Of a DNA stretch of 64,000 bases, positions 14,134 through 26,939 are shown piece by piece. The translations under genes and the position numbers were made by a program. The DNA lies in assembly GCA_043228905.1 (NCBI GenBank), contig JBHGNT010000001.1, forward strand, positions 3,658,001 through 3,722,000, read 5' to 3'. Source of the DNA: Azolla caroliniana. Taxonomy: Eukaryota; Plantae; Polypodiophyta. The stretch's first letter is position 1. The number at the start of each line of letters is the position of its first letter. The notes beneath the pieces were generated by a model. The model saw only the letters and a program-made list of their open reading frames with translations. It was not told the DNA's origin and made no database searches.

Positions 14134-17100
14134 AAAGAACATTCAATGGAATGTGTATGTAGATCAAAAGTGCTGCTCACTTGGCACTATCTCTGGGTAC
14201 ATTCCTGGCAGTGGACAAGCTACTCAAAAATGCATTCACTGCCGCAGCTATTCGTTTTCCTAGTGCTCTCTTTGGGATGTTTAGCATTTTCAGCTTGTTG
14301 TCCGCCGTGGATTTGGTGAAGCCAGAGGCTGCATCAGCTATAGTTGATTTCTTTGCACCAGCAACATTATTCATCCAGAGGTGGCTACCTCTCTTCTATG
14401 TTCCTTCATTGGTTGTCATCCCTGTAGCAATTAAGGGAATACCTACAGCGTCAGCAGTCAAAATTGGAGCAATTCTCTGTAAGGATTTTTTCACTTTTCC
14501 TGCTTATTTTACTGTTTTGTCATTGTTTGAATGCAAAAAGAACTAGTTTGATAGATTGACAAGAATTTTGTTTTGCAGTGCTTAAACAACTCTCCTTTTA
14601 CTCATAGCTACATTTTCTTGAACATTTTATTTTAGAAAGCTAGATTAAAAATGTGGTACTTGCTGTGATGAATTAACATAAACAGTTGTAATTTTGTTAG
14701 GTCTCTGAGGTAGTTATGGTCTTTTAGAGGCATTACTATATCCTTCTTTTTTTACTCCATTAGAATAATTGGGTCTACTTCCTGATAATTAGCGTTTATC
14801 GATTGTCCAGTTGGTGGATGGGTAGCCTCTCTTGCAGTCGCAGGATACACAGCCCTGATAGTGAGGGGGATTGTGAAGACAGAAATGATACCTGCAGAGC
14901 CAATGGAAAAACCTTCACCTTTCTCAAGCAATGAGCTTTGGGCATGGACTGCTGTGCTCTTGGGATCTTTTGGTTTAGCAGTTTTTTCTCCTTCTGCCCT
15001 CGGAACTGTCCCTTTAACTACATTGCCTTTCTTTCTGGCGGCAACTGTCATAGGTTACATCGTGGGTACTAGGTGAGGTTTGTCTTCTGAACATATATTC
15101 CGATTTATTTGGCATTTTAATAAATAAAAGTACTGATGATAATTGCTTTTGTTGTAGCCTTCCTCCACCTGTGAAGAAGGTGTTCCATCCCATCATTGTC
15201 TGTGCACTTGTGGCTGATCTTGCAGCATTTGCATATGGCCAATTGAATGGTTCAGGGTTCGCGTTTTCTTTAGGTTAGTAGTGTTTACATATTAAAACAT
15301 CATTATTTACGTTTTAGGTAGAATATTCATCGTTGATAATTTTTATATACAAAACCTCGATACTAAAATATCTTAAAATGAGATTATGACAATATTTATA
15401 GGAGCATATTTAACGAAGCAGGGAGGGAATCCTGGAGCTGGTGATTTGCTAATGGGTTTCTTAGGATCCGTGATTCTGTCTTTTGCCTTTTCAATGTTCA
15501 AACAAAGAAAAGTATGATTATAATAATGGCCATTATTATCATGCAAAAGGATCTTCAATTATATTGACTCAAATATTTATTGGTTTACTTGTGTTTAAAC
15601 AGCTTGTGAAAAGACATGCAGCAGAAATATTTTCTGCAGTAATTGTTTCATCTGTATTTTCCTTATATTCAACAGCAATAGTGGGTCGCCTTATAGGGCT
15701 TGATCCATCCTTTACTATTGCAATCGTACCAAGGTGTATAACTGTGGCGCTGGCCCTAAGTATTGCCAACTTATTTGAAGGTCTCTCTCTCTCTCTCTGT
15801 CCCCTACACAAAATATTTATATATAGCATAAAAAAACGTGAATAAACAATTAAATTGCTTTTTTAAATATTTAATTTGCTTTAACTAATCATTAAAGAAA
15901 ATTTATGTGCAGTTACAAATACATCTCTTACAGCAGCAGTTGTTGTTTTGACTGGCCTTGTTGGTGCTAATTTTGCACAAACTCTAATGGACAAATTGGG
16001 ATTGATGGATCCTATTACTCGTGGAATGGCCACAGCATCAAGGTATATTTTTCTATGTACATTATACAATCTTTTTATGTTACTTTATAGGCTTTTATTT
16101 GTTTTTGAGAGCAAATATACTGCCTAAAACCAGTCATTGGCATACATGCTTGCAACATTATGCAGCCAGCTACTTAGGAAGTAGCATCATTTAGGAAGTA
16201 GTATCCAAACACCAAAGACACCATTGTTTATGTCACCATCCTCAGATGCTCTTTTAGCACAACCTTGGTAACAAACTGGAAGACAGTGTAAAGGCACAGG
16301 GATAACAGTCGTCAAGATACTCCAATGGAACCAGAAACAGTTCACCACTTTGCAAGATTGCAGGAGTTATTCGTGAACTGTTACATAATAAAGAAAATAA
16401 TGAAGAGACATATGGTGATTGATTGATGAAGAGACCTATGGCATTGTTGCATGTTGGTGTCATCGTCCTCCACCAATTGCTGTCCCCTGAAATTTGAATG
16501 CAGTTAAATAAGGGAAAACCCAAAGAATTACCAGAATACAACTCTGTAGTACAAAATCTACCACTAAAGAGGATTATTCTGGTAAAATATCTGAAATGTT
16601 ACGGGTATTGGTGTCTCCCCCCTACCCTTCATCATTTTGTGGCTTGTTAACACACCTAACGTTTGGTCTCACTTTTGGGGTTCATCAAACCCTTCTGTGT
16701 ATAGTCTTTGGGAAAAAGCTGTGCGACTACAAATGGCAAGGAAAAGAGCAATTGCATCCTAGATCTATCCTTCTCGTCACTGTCGACATATTTGATTAAA
16801 CATATATTTTAATTGGGGGCACGTTGTCATGTTATGCTATTGTGGAGGTAACACTCTCGTTGGTAGATAGAAATCCGTACCTTTTGGCATGATTTGCATT
16901 TGTCACTTGCTCCCCTTCCAATAACAGCTAAGCTGTTCAGGAGAAAGGGCAGCTGCTACACTACTGTGGCAGGCTTGAGAATTATGTTGAAATAGTTTTC
17001 ACTGCTATATAGATGGATTGTCAAGAAAAAAACAAACTCACAAGAATTATGAGTTCTTTTGGAGAGTGTTCTCTGTACAACAGTAGATCAAAAGAATTAT

Positions 17101-17596
17101 GAATTCTCACAGACGTCTCGTTCTGATCCTCAAGCACAGTATTGATATAGAGAGAATTTATCCAGGACAAAGGCAGATGGCTGGAATCTAAAATCTTGTG
17201 ACTCCAATTATGGCAATAATGTGGTTATTTTATTTTCATGTCTATGCACACATTATGACTATTATTATTATTTCCAGCTTATATTACTTGTTTTAAATTT
17301 GTCCACTGCTCAGGACTAGTACTGGTTTTTTCCTTTATCAAGTCATTTGTGGACATCATCATTCATCAAGTTTTGCTCATATTTGCTCAAATAGCATTCA
17401 ATGTTGCTAAGAAAATTTCAATATTTTGGAATTTCTTCGCAGTGCACATGGATTGGGGACAGCAGCACTCTCGGCAAAGGAACCTGAAGCACTACCTTTC
17501 TGCGCCATTGCATATGCTTTGACTGGCATATTCTGCTCTGTCATTTGTTGTATCCCAATTGTAAGGCAGTCCTTGCTGGCTATTGCTGGACTTTGA
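12930..17596 (+). CDS. PLGG1: Plastidal glycolate/glycerate translocator 1 (LrgA/LrgB-like), 8 exons, 525 aa
   Basis: Exons 12930-13241, 14163-14478, 14811-15072, 15158-15273, 15402-15511, 15603-15780, 15913-16042, 17443-17596. All introns GT-AG; 1578 nt in frame. Ser/Arg-rich transit peptide; FPSALFGMF, FIQRWLPLFYVPSLVV, PGAGDLLMGFLGSVILSFAFSMFKQRKLVKRHAAEIF, AHGLGTAALSAKEPEALPFCAIAYALTGIF. Confidence 0.95.
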
Positions 17597-18499
17597 TAAG
17601 AGTTGAAATCCTGTCACAAACCATGGCAGACCTTCGAGGTTTCTGGTGAAACAATTCTTGGATGTCCATATCCTCAAGACCATGTGGTCATGTCTTTTAA
17701 AATTTCGACATGTAATATTGATTCTGATGTAAATGTTGAAATCTTATAATGAAATATTTCTAACAATGTGCCTTCTCTAAGCGATCAGAGAATATAAAGC
17801 CAAACATACATCCAAAATCACATTTATGCCCCTTGACATATGAGTGCATGGGAATTTTTTTGACTGCCCTCTACCAATGTTAGAATAATCCAATCACTAT
17901 TACTCCTGCTCAAAAGGTATGTATTGCATCATCCACAACCTTCTTCAAGCCTATAATCTCAAGGGGATTTGTTTCAACTACAGAGCTAGAGAGGGAGGGT
18001 GGCGGCTGCACAGATTCTCTTGCTTCCACGAAGACCTTGCAAGGCTTAGGATTCATAGACAAGCTTCTGTGCAACCACTTATGGTGTGTAGGTGTGTGTT
18101 TGAGAGAGGGGATAGATATTTTATTGTCCATGATGAGGCCAATTTATGAGAGACAGAGAGAGAGAGTGATGACTAGGGATTAGGATTTATGAACAAAGAT
18201 TAGAGTTTATGAGCAGAATTTATGGTTTGTAAATTCTCTTCTTCAGCTCCAACACGTGGAGAACATAAAACACAAGGAGAAGGCCTACAAGAATGCTGCC
18301 AGTTGATACGGCTGGTCGATGAAACTACCAGGCTTCAAGTTTCTGCTCACTGTCTTCATCACATTCAGCGTTGTTTCATTGTCACTAGGAAAATTTAATT
18401 CTCTCTCACCTTTCGTTATTGAAATGGCACATTTGGCCAACATTTGGACTTTAGAGAAAGACAGCTTCTTGTTACATGATAAACACACATTAGGAAATT

Positions 18500-19030
18500 A
18501 TGAGATTAGGTTTGTGCCTCTACAATAATTTTTCAAAAGATTGCATGCTGTCCTAGAAAAAATCCATTAACTACGTCAAGTCAAGGAATTGCACTTATCA
18601 CAGAATTGGTTGGAACTTGGAACTATCAAGGGATTGTGTTGATACCTTTTCTCCAATTGAAGCAAGTATTATTGGAAAAAAACAATGAGTATCATCTTAT
18701 GTCATATCAAACCACTCATAGAAGAAAATAAGAAGCCTTAAACATTGAGATTCCTACTACAAAAGAGGAACTTTTGGAGGCATGACTAGGGTAGAACAGG
18801 GGAAAGAACTAGGAAGGGATGACATGACTATTGAATTATTATTGTCCTGTGGAACTATTTAAAAGATGCATTGTTATGTATGGCAACGAAGATTGACCAA
18901 TGCCTAGTTCATGGAAATAGGGTTTAATTAAACTTTGACCCCAAGAAGAAGCTATGTGAAAAACGTTTAGATTGGATAATGATATCACTTGTGCTTGTGA
19001 TTTAAAAGTTGATTGCCAAGGTATTGATTA
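18500..19030 (+). mobile_element. Highly decayed LINE ORF2 remnant
   Basis: Broken translations such as EIPTTKEELLEA..NRGK and GLIKL resemble the pre-RT region of L1 ORF2; many stops. Confidence 0.35.
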
Positions 19031-19907
19031 AAAGAATTGAAGCATACTTACTTAAAAGGCATATGTCATAATCAACATGAATTATACATTTTTTGTGGGT
19101 TGATTACGAATATTAGGAGTTTGTACGTTTTTCATGGGTTGTTTTACCTCAAGGCTCATATTGAAGTTTCCCATACGCACGTCTTTACAATTTCAACTTT
19201 AATCATACTTTATTTCTTGTCACATACATATATCCAGTCAACACTCATTGAATTATTCTACAGATGATGACTTATAGCATCTCAATTCTCATTTTATCTA
19301 TCCAATTTTAAAGCATATTAAAAAAAAAAAAAAACTATTCATTTTATTTCTAATTGGTTGTAGGGGTCTAATAGTGTCTGGTTGGATTCTTTGTATGTGG
19401 AATTATTGTTGAATGAGCTTATTGGCTCCCTTTATGAAGCCATTTTAGCATATGGCCACGTTAAAATATAGATCATTTTTTATAACTAATGGAAGGAGTT
19501 TTTTTTTGGAAAAGAAATAAAAATAAAAATATAGATCATTTGGCATACTATAATGTAAAACATTGTGTAGCACAAGTTCTAGCCATACATCTCATTCGTG
19601 CCATACTCATACGTGAATATTTGTATCATACTCATACATGAAATGGCTCCATGTATGATTGAAATCCATTCGTCTATATTTATTTTTATTTTTATTTTTA
19701 TTACTCTATTTTTTTTTTAAAATATGAAAAATAAAAAATAAACAAGATTTTTATAGACAAAAGTGAAGACCATAAATTTAACTAAGAAAGTAGCATCCAA
19801 AGTTCTAAACATGAACTAAAATTCATCCAAAGTTCAAACATGAACATTAACGGTTTAACCTAGAAAGTAGCTCTAAATTCATAGTACTAATAGTTAATCT
19901 CATCCCC

Positions 19908-21300
19908 CTACTCTTGAGTTGCATTGTCAATGTCAACATCTTGCTCATCCTCATCATGATCTTCAAAATCTTCATTAACCATAGTTGCATGTTGCCTCTG
20001 CAATAGCAAAAGCCTATCATCATCTTCTTCTTTATTAATCATATCCAAAGTCACTTCCATTCGACTTGGATCTCTTTCTTTGACTTTATTTAATAGACGA
20101 TGGTTTGTATGCCAGTATACTAGCTTCTCTATATGATCATGACTCAACCTATTTCTCCTCTTAGTGTGTATCAATGAAAAGGTACTCCAATTTCTCTCAC
20201 ATGGAGATGTGCATGTACCTTGAGAAAGCACTTGAATCGCAAGTTTACTTAAATTTGGGGTTTCTCCTCCAAATAATTCCCACCACTTAACACCTTTCAT
20301 TCTAGTAGGATCATTTGAAGGTGGAATTTGAAAAATACCCTTCTCTTTAGTTTTATAAGCATTATATTCATCTAGTAAAATACCTTGCATCTTAATGTCA
20401 CCATTTGCATATTGCATAATGGTGTCTATCCAACTAGCATTCACCACATTATCAAAAACTTGTGCATTTTCCCACCAAATTGGATGTAAGAGATATCCAA
20501 TTGCATGTAATGGTGAATGTAACATTTAGCATCTATCCATGCATAATCCACTAATTTCATCAAGCAACATGTTATTAATTCCTGGCATTTTATTTATTTC
20601 TTCCATCATTCGTCGTGTACATTCATATATCAACCCCATTTGTTGCACCTTCTCCATCCGCCAATCGGAGCACCTTTAAAATTGGTGAGCATATTTCCAC
20701 TATCGTCTTTACATTTGACCAAAAGGAAGCATTCAATATTATCGAAACTACTTCTGCTTCTTGTGTTTTTTGATAGCACAATGAAATTATAAGCAAACCT
20801 AGCAGTAGAAGGCTTCACCAATTCCTTTTTACTAAACTTGTGAAACATTGCAAGCACATATAACTTTCTTGTGATAAACATAGTAACCTTCAAAGATAAT
20901 CTCAAAGAGTCATTAAACCAATCTCATTTTCCTATATCCTCAAACAACAAATCAAGGCAATGACATGTGTATCAAGTAAAAAATATCATGGGCCACTCTT
21001 TCTCTATCATGTCCTGTTGCCACACAATTTGATGCATTATCCATGAGAATGGTAGATTTTAGAATATTAAAGATATACTCCCATGTTTTACATTCTCCAC
21101 TTGTATCCAAGGACCTCAAAAACACTGAACCAAACATTGAAGAAGCTAGAACATTAATTATTGGCCTATTTCTAGTATCTTACCAACCATCACTTACTAT
21201 AGTGCATCCATATATTTTCCTTTGTAGTTGCTTGAAGCATATCATGAAAAAATGAGCTATCAACCTTTAGTTGTGGAATATCCTCTACAAAAAAGAACCT
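19908..21300 (-). pseudogene. hAT-superfamily transposase, fragmented (DUF659 region plus C-terminal dimerisation domain)
   Basis: HSPLHAIGYLLHP, WWELFGGETPNLSKLAIQVLSQGTCTSPCERNWSTFSLIHTKRRNRL, DNASNC, ELVKPSTARFAYNF; split by stops and frameshifts. Confidence 0.9.
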
Positions 21301-21409
21301 TCTCACTAATTCATCTGCAATTTTATTCAAACTTTTTTGCCAAGACATTTATAGGGATCCACCACTATTCTCAATTATCCTCTGTCACGATGAGGAGACG
21401 AGGCTAAAT

Positions 21410-21476
<67 letters not shown>

Positions 21477-21749
21477 AAGAAAGCCATGTATAGTTGTCAC
21501 TAAAAATAGATTTTTTTGGGTTACATTGACTAAAATATGTGAGAATGTCTCGATACACTCTAGAAGATTTTGCAACTTGTAGTGCTTCTTTTGTCGTACT
21601 ATGATTATTCATGATCGCTCCACCATGTATGCTGTCATCAAAAGTTATGTCATGTATTAAAATCGTAGGTCCAATCGGAGCTTCAACCATTGCTTCACAA
21701 CGTCTTGTATCTCCTGAGTAAACAAGCTTCCAACCTAGTTCTACATTCC

Positions 21750-22670
21750 CTTCATTCTCTTGAAACTACCCCGTATGCATGAAGACAATGAACCACTTGT
21801 ATGCTCACACAACTTCGGAGACCCATAAAATGTAGAACATTCTTCAAATTACGTCGTTCTGCCACATCCACTCCTTGTTGGAAATGGAAACCTTGATCCT
21901 TCCTATTAGCATTACTTTCACGAACATCCTGAGGTTCACCCATTTCTTTCCAACAACAATAAAAAATTCTCAAACTGTGCTCAAGCTTCAATTATTGCTC
22001 CGCATTTACACTACCAATCTCCGCTGAGCCATGCTCAACATATCTTGTAATAGATGCATTTCACAAGAGAACATGTTTGTTTTTACATCTCGAACTGAAA
22101 TATCCTCGATTGTTTTTTGTGTTCTTTCAAGATTGCCACATATAGCATACATGTCCAACAAAGCATTCCTAAGCTCAATATTGTCTTCTAACAACCTCTT
22201 ACTCATAATTTCAATGTGATTTTCTATGCATGTCGATCACTCTTTAATTGCCACCTTGGCAAACTTCTCAAGGTCAAAGTCACTACATCCCACATCCTTG
22301 TATCTCGAAATCAAAGTTGAAAATATTTCTTGTGCCTCACCAAATAAACCACAAAAAATCTCCGATAAGCCATGGTCCACCTATCATGTAATAGATGCAT
22401 TCCACAAAAGAATATCTCTGTTTGCAAGAATATGAAATACATCATGTGTATCTAACAGAGATCAACACCTAGTGTACATCCAAGAGACCACATCTCAAAC
22501 TGAATATCATTGACTGTTTTTATTTTTATCTTTTTCCTTTTCAAGCTTGCCAGATATAACATATGTCCAACAAAGCATTTCCAAGCTCAATATTGTCTAC
22601 TAGCAGCCTATTACTCATAATTCCATTGCGAGTTTCTATGCCTGTTAACCACTCCTACAATGCCACCTGC
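21750..22670 (-). pseudogene. PLS-class pentatricopeptide repeat gene fragments
   Basis: LLEDNIELRNALLDMYAICGNLERTQKTIEDISVRDV, a second similar copy at about 22545-22660, and LWNASIT*..DHGLSE; frameshifted. Confidence 0.7.
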
Positions 22671-22684
22671 CTTTAGCAAACTTA

Positions 22685-23750
22685 CAAAAACCGAGTTTGC
22701 CACAACTACCCTTCTAGGTAAAGACAAATTAGTCGTATCCCAATATAACAATTTATTTCTAACCTGTAATAAAAGGGGTGTTACCATATCGTCAGCTGAC
22801 AATTCTAGCCCTACTTGACAACCCAAATACCTTACTGTTATACCTCGAGGCACCCAAATAAAACCTAGAGTTGGCACATCTTGTGGAGGAGAGGAAGACG
22901 TGACCCAAAATCCCATAGACTTGTCCCAATTAATCAAAGCTCCTAAAGCATCAAAATTTTTTGTTACTGCTTGTTGAAGATTCAACAAATTCTCCTTTTC
23001 TGCAGAAACATATAATGCGGTGTCATCAACAAATTCTGAATCAACAGTCATGGTTGCATATCCTTGTATAGGTAAGGCTATACCACGAATTCTACATTCC
23101 TACTCCTAAGGTAATCAGAAAAAGGGAGCTAGCGGACACCCTTGTCTTACTGATCTCGAAATTGAAAATCTACAACCAACATCACCTGTAAACAAAAGAG
23201 AACTATGAGCGGTCCTATACAAAGCTGTGACAACCCTAATCCATTGCATTGGAAAGCCCATTCGCTGTAATGTCCCTTCCATGAAATCCCAATCCACTCT
23301 GTCATAGGCCTTCTCGAAATCTAAAAACAAAATAGCTAAATCTTCTTGTTGTTGCTCTGCAATAGCCACCATTTCCCAAAACAAAAAAATGTTATAAAAA
23401 ATACTTCTCTCTTGAACAAAACCCGTTTGGGAATCATGAATTGGTTGAGGTAAAAAAGGTTGCATCCTCCTTGCTATTGTTTTAGCTAAAATCTTATACA
23501 CAACATTAAGTAGTGTTATAGGCCTCCATTTTTGAATATCATCCAAAGGGTTGTCCCCCTTCGGAATCAAATATATTAGGCCTTCTGTCCATTCCTGAGG
23601 CATATAACCATGGTCAAGAATTTGTTGGTAGGCAGAAATCAAAACATTACCAATCATATCCCAATACTCTATATAACATGAAACCCCCATCCCATCAACA
23701 CTTGGACAAACATCCTTACCTAAAACCTTTGTTGCTGAGAAAAACATGCA
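22685..23750 (-). mobile_element. L1-type LINE reverse-transcriptase fragment
   Basis: WRPITLLNVVYKILAK, LDFEKAYDRVDWDF, VRQGCPLAP, EFVDDTALY, VRYLGCQVG; clearly the same family as ORF2 at 59131-61173. Confidence 0.92.
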
Positions 23751-25922
23751 TTTGTAGTATGTACAGCCTCACATTAAAGCTGATTTGCACACACATACAT
23801 CCATAATTCCATTTAGTATTTTATGAGTTCTTGGGTTTTTGTTGAGGGTTTTGAGGTTTTTTCTTCCAAAAATGGGTTTTGAGGTTTTGATCTCATGCTA
23901 GTAGTGGACACTAGAAACACGTGAATTTAACGGTTGTATAGATATTAGAAACATATGAATTTAACAACACTTTACCTTCAAGCTTCCAAGAAGAATCAGA
24001 CGGGAAAATTTGGTAAGGCGGGAGGCCGTAGGTGGGTGAGCACGGAGGAATCAAAATTGATGGAAAGTCGTGTTTTGTTTGTTTCGTCCTTCACAAAAAT
24101 ATGTTTCTCACGAGCCACTGCTTCTCACTGCTCACTCTCCAGTCTCCATTACGACTCGTGACTCACAAATATCTGTCTTCAGAAGAAAAAAAACCCAAAA
24201 AGAAAGAAAAAAATCCAAATGAATGTTGTGTATCATATGCGTACGTATGCAAACGTTCGCATACGTTCACCAAATTGGACGTACGCGAATATTAGGAACT
24301 AGAATGAAGGTGCACAACACTGGATTATTAGTCATGAAGGTGCAAATACAACATTTATTGAATGATGAGCATATTTCCAAGAGTAATAGAAAAATGTACA
24401 CAAGCTAGACCTAGAAACCTAAATGTAGGAAATGTATTATGACAAAGTTTGAGCAGATAATGAGTTCTATAAATACTAGATAGATCATAGGACCATAGAG
24501 ATGCTAGTAACTCCTTATAGAGATAAACTAAAATCTAAAATTAAAATGATATGTTGTGAATAGACTTTTAGTTGAAAAAGTTGTCACAAGGATCCAAAAG
24601 TGTGTTTGATATTGAAAGCATATCTTGCATTCATCATAATATCAAAGCCAATTATCAAGGCCCAAGGATTCAAGAGAATGACCCTACATCTTCAAAATTA
24701 TTAAAGGGAAAATATCAATATTACCCCTACCCTAACCTCGTTTCCAAAAAGAGGATATACCCCCATGTTGCTTAAAATCATAGTATGAAGTTATGAACCA
24801 TACATCCATTCGAGTAATGGTAAACACCCTCGAGGTATGGTAAATACCAAACTTTTGTATTCATTATTTACTATAAGATAAAACTTTTTTAAGGTAAAAA
24901 AGTGAAAAAGAACGTTTTAAAAAAACCTAAGTATGTTTTCATAACATACTAATGTTTTGAGTAGAAGAATGCGAATATTACTTCTATGCTTAAAATAATC
25001 TTTACTATTGTGTGAAATCGTTTCTCCACAAAATCAATTGCTTGGACTTGCGTGCTGTAAATTCTAATTCACCGAAGCCCATATTTTGCTTCAAATTATG
25101 GTGTAACCCTCACCCATTGTTATTTACTACAAATGGCAATGTGCACACTTCAACCCTATTGTTTTGAGATATTAGAATTTCAATGAACAATGCAAAGTTA
25201 ATTCAAACCCTCTATCTTATGCCAAAGTGTTTGTCAATAGGCATCACATTGTAGCTAACAACTGGAACAAATATTGGCACTTCGATTGTGAGTTGAAGCA
25301 AAATTGAAATGGAAGCAGAGTCCCTATTATTATCCTAAGGGGCCATGATAACGAATGGAATGCCTCTAAACGATATAATGGCTTCGGAGAAGTATATGGA
25401 TGCATATATGTGAACAATCAGTGGGACTCTCCAATACACTTAGGAGCTTCTTTTATCACATGTATTATGAGGTCCAAGATGAGGTAAGGAAATAAGATAC
25501 ATGGGAGCACTTGATGGGATTGTGTGAGGATATGGAACAAAATGTTGTTGTTCTATGCATGTGAGGGGAGGCATTGGGGGGATAGATATGCAAGCTTTCC
25601 AAAGAAGGCTGTCCATACATATATGTATTATACGACAAGATTGTTGTTGGGGGGTAGAAGGCAGAAAGAGGGAGGGGGTAGATATGCAAATTTCCAAAAA
25701 ACAGAAGCCTGCTGTCTGTTTCTGTGTAGATATGGAAGCTCCCGTAGAAAGGCTATACATACATACATACATATATAAATCAATTCAATCAATATATACC
25801 AACTAAATCATATAAATAAATAAATAAATAAATGTGTATAGTATATGTACATACTGTATATGTATGTATATAACTAACTAAATAAATAAATATTATTGTT
25901 ATATAAATAATATATACATATA

Positions 25923-25958
<36 letters not shown>

Positions 25959-26939
25959 CATACATATCTGAAGGAACAGAGAGAAAGCAAATGAGGATGG
26001 ATTGGAGCTACTTCAGTAAATATGGAGTGCAAAAAAGTAACTAAATTCGACAACTGCGAGTTTGTCTTCACTTCTCTTCCGAGGTTCCATTTAAGATTCC
26101 AAATTTGTTCCTCTGAGCAGGACTTATCGTTACGAAGGTTCGCAGCAAAACTGTTCGGAATCTCCTCTCTCTCTCTCCATAGAATCTCCTCTGTCTTATT
26201 CTCTCTCAGAATATTGAGTGCCACCCATTTTACCCCGATGCTTCTCTACTACATGGGTTCCTTCTTCTGATCGATTTCTTCTTCTTTTAATTCAAATTAT
26301 TTATTGCCTTGTTTCAATTCACCATCTTCGGACGTCTGATATTTGTTTGGTGTTGGTGTCAAGAAAAGTGCATCTCTCTTTCTTGCTTCAAAAGACACGA
26401 CTTTTTTTCTGCTTTATTTGATGCATTTCGGCTTTCTTATGCCTAATCTGCCGGTTATATGATCTAGGATTTAAGAGGTGAGAACCATGTTGATTCTACG
26501 ATTTCTGGAGAATTTCCACGTTGGATTTTTGGTTTAAATTATAGGATATGGGGTTTCGGGGATTTTAAGATTAATTTCCATGCTAGGTTTAGGGTTTTCC
26601 GGATAATTTCAACCTTGGGTTTAGGATTTTGGGTTTGAGTTTCGAATTTAGTGTTACGAATAATTCTCATGTTAGGTGTAAGATTTGTGTGTGATGTATC
26701 AATGTTAGGTTTAGGGTTTATTATTTCTCCGATAAGGTCGATTTCTATGTCCTCACTTAGGCTCCTATTTGTTCTCACTCATATTTACCCTCACACACAT
26801 CCATTTTACATATATCATGAACATGCATATGCATCGGAATTTGAACATCTTTACTGGTGATGATTGGTAAAACATGTTTATTTTATAATTCGTATCCCTA
26901 TTTTTTGTGATAAATCAGGTTTAGCTTGAAAATTCCACG

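Noticed and set aside
25755-25965. Long hairpin or miRNA precursor from (TACA)n and (TGTA)n arms
   Set aside because: Low-complexity microsatellite complementarity only.
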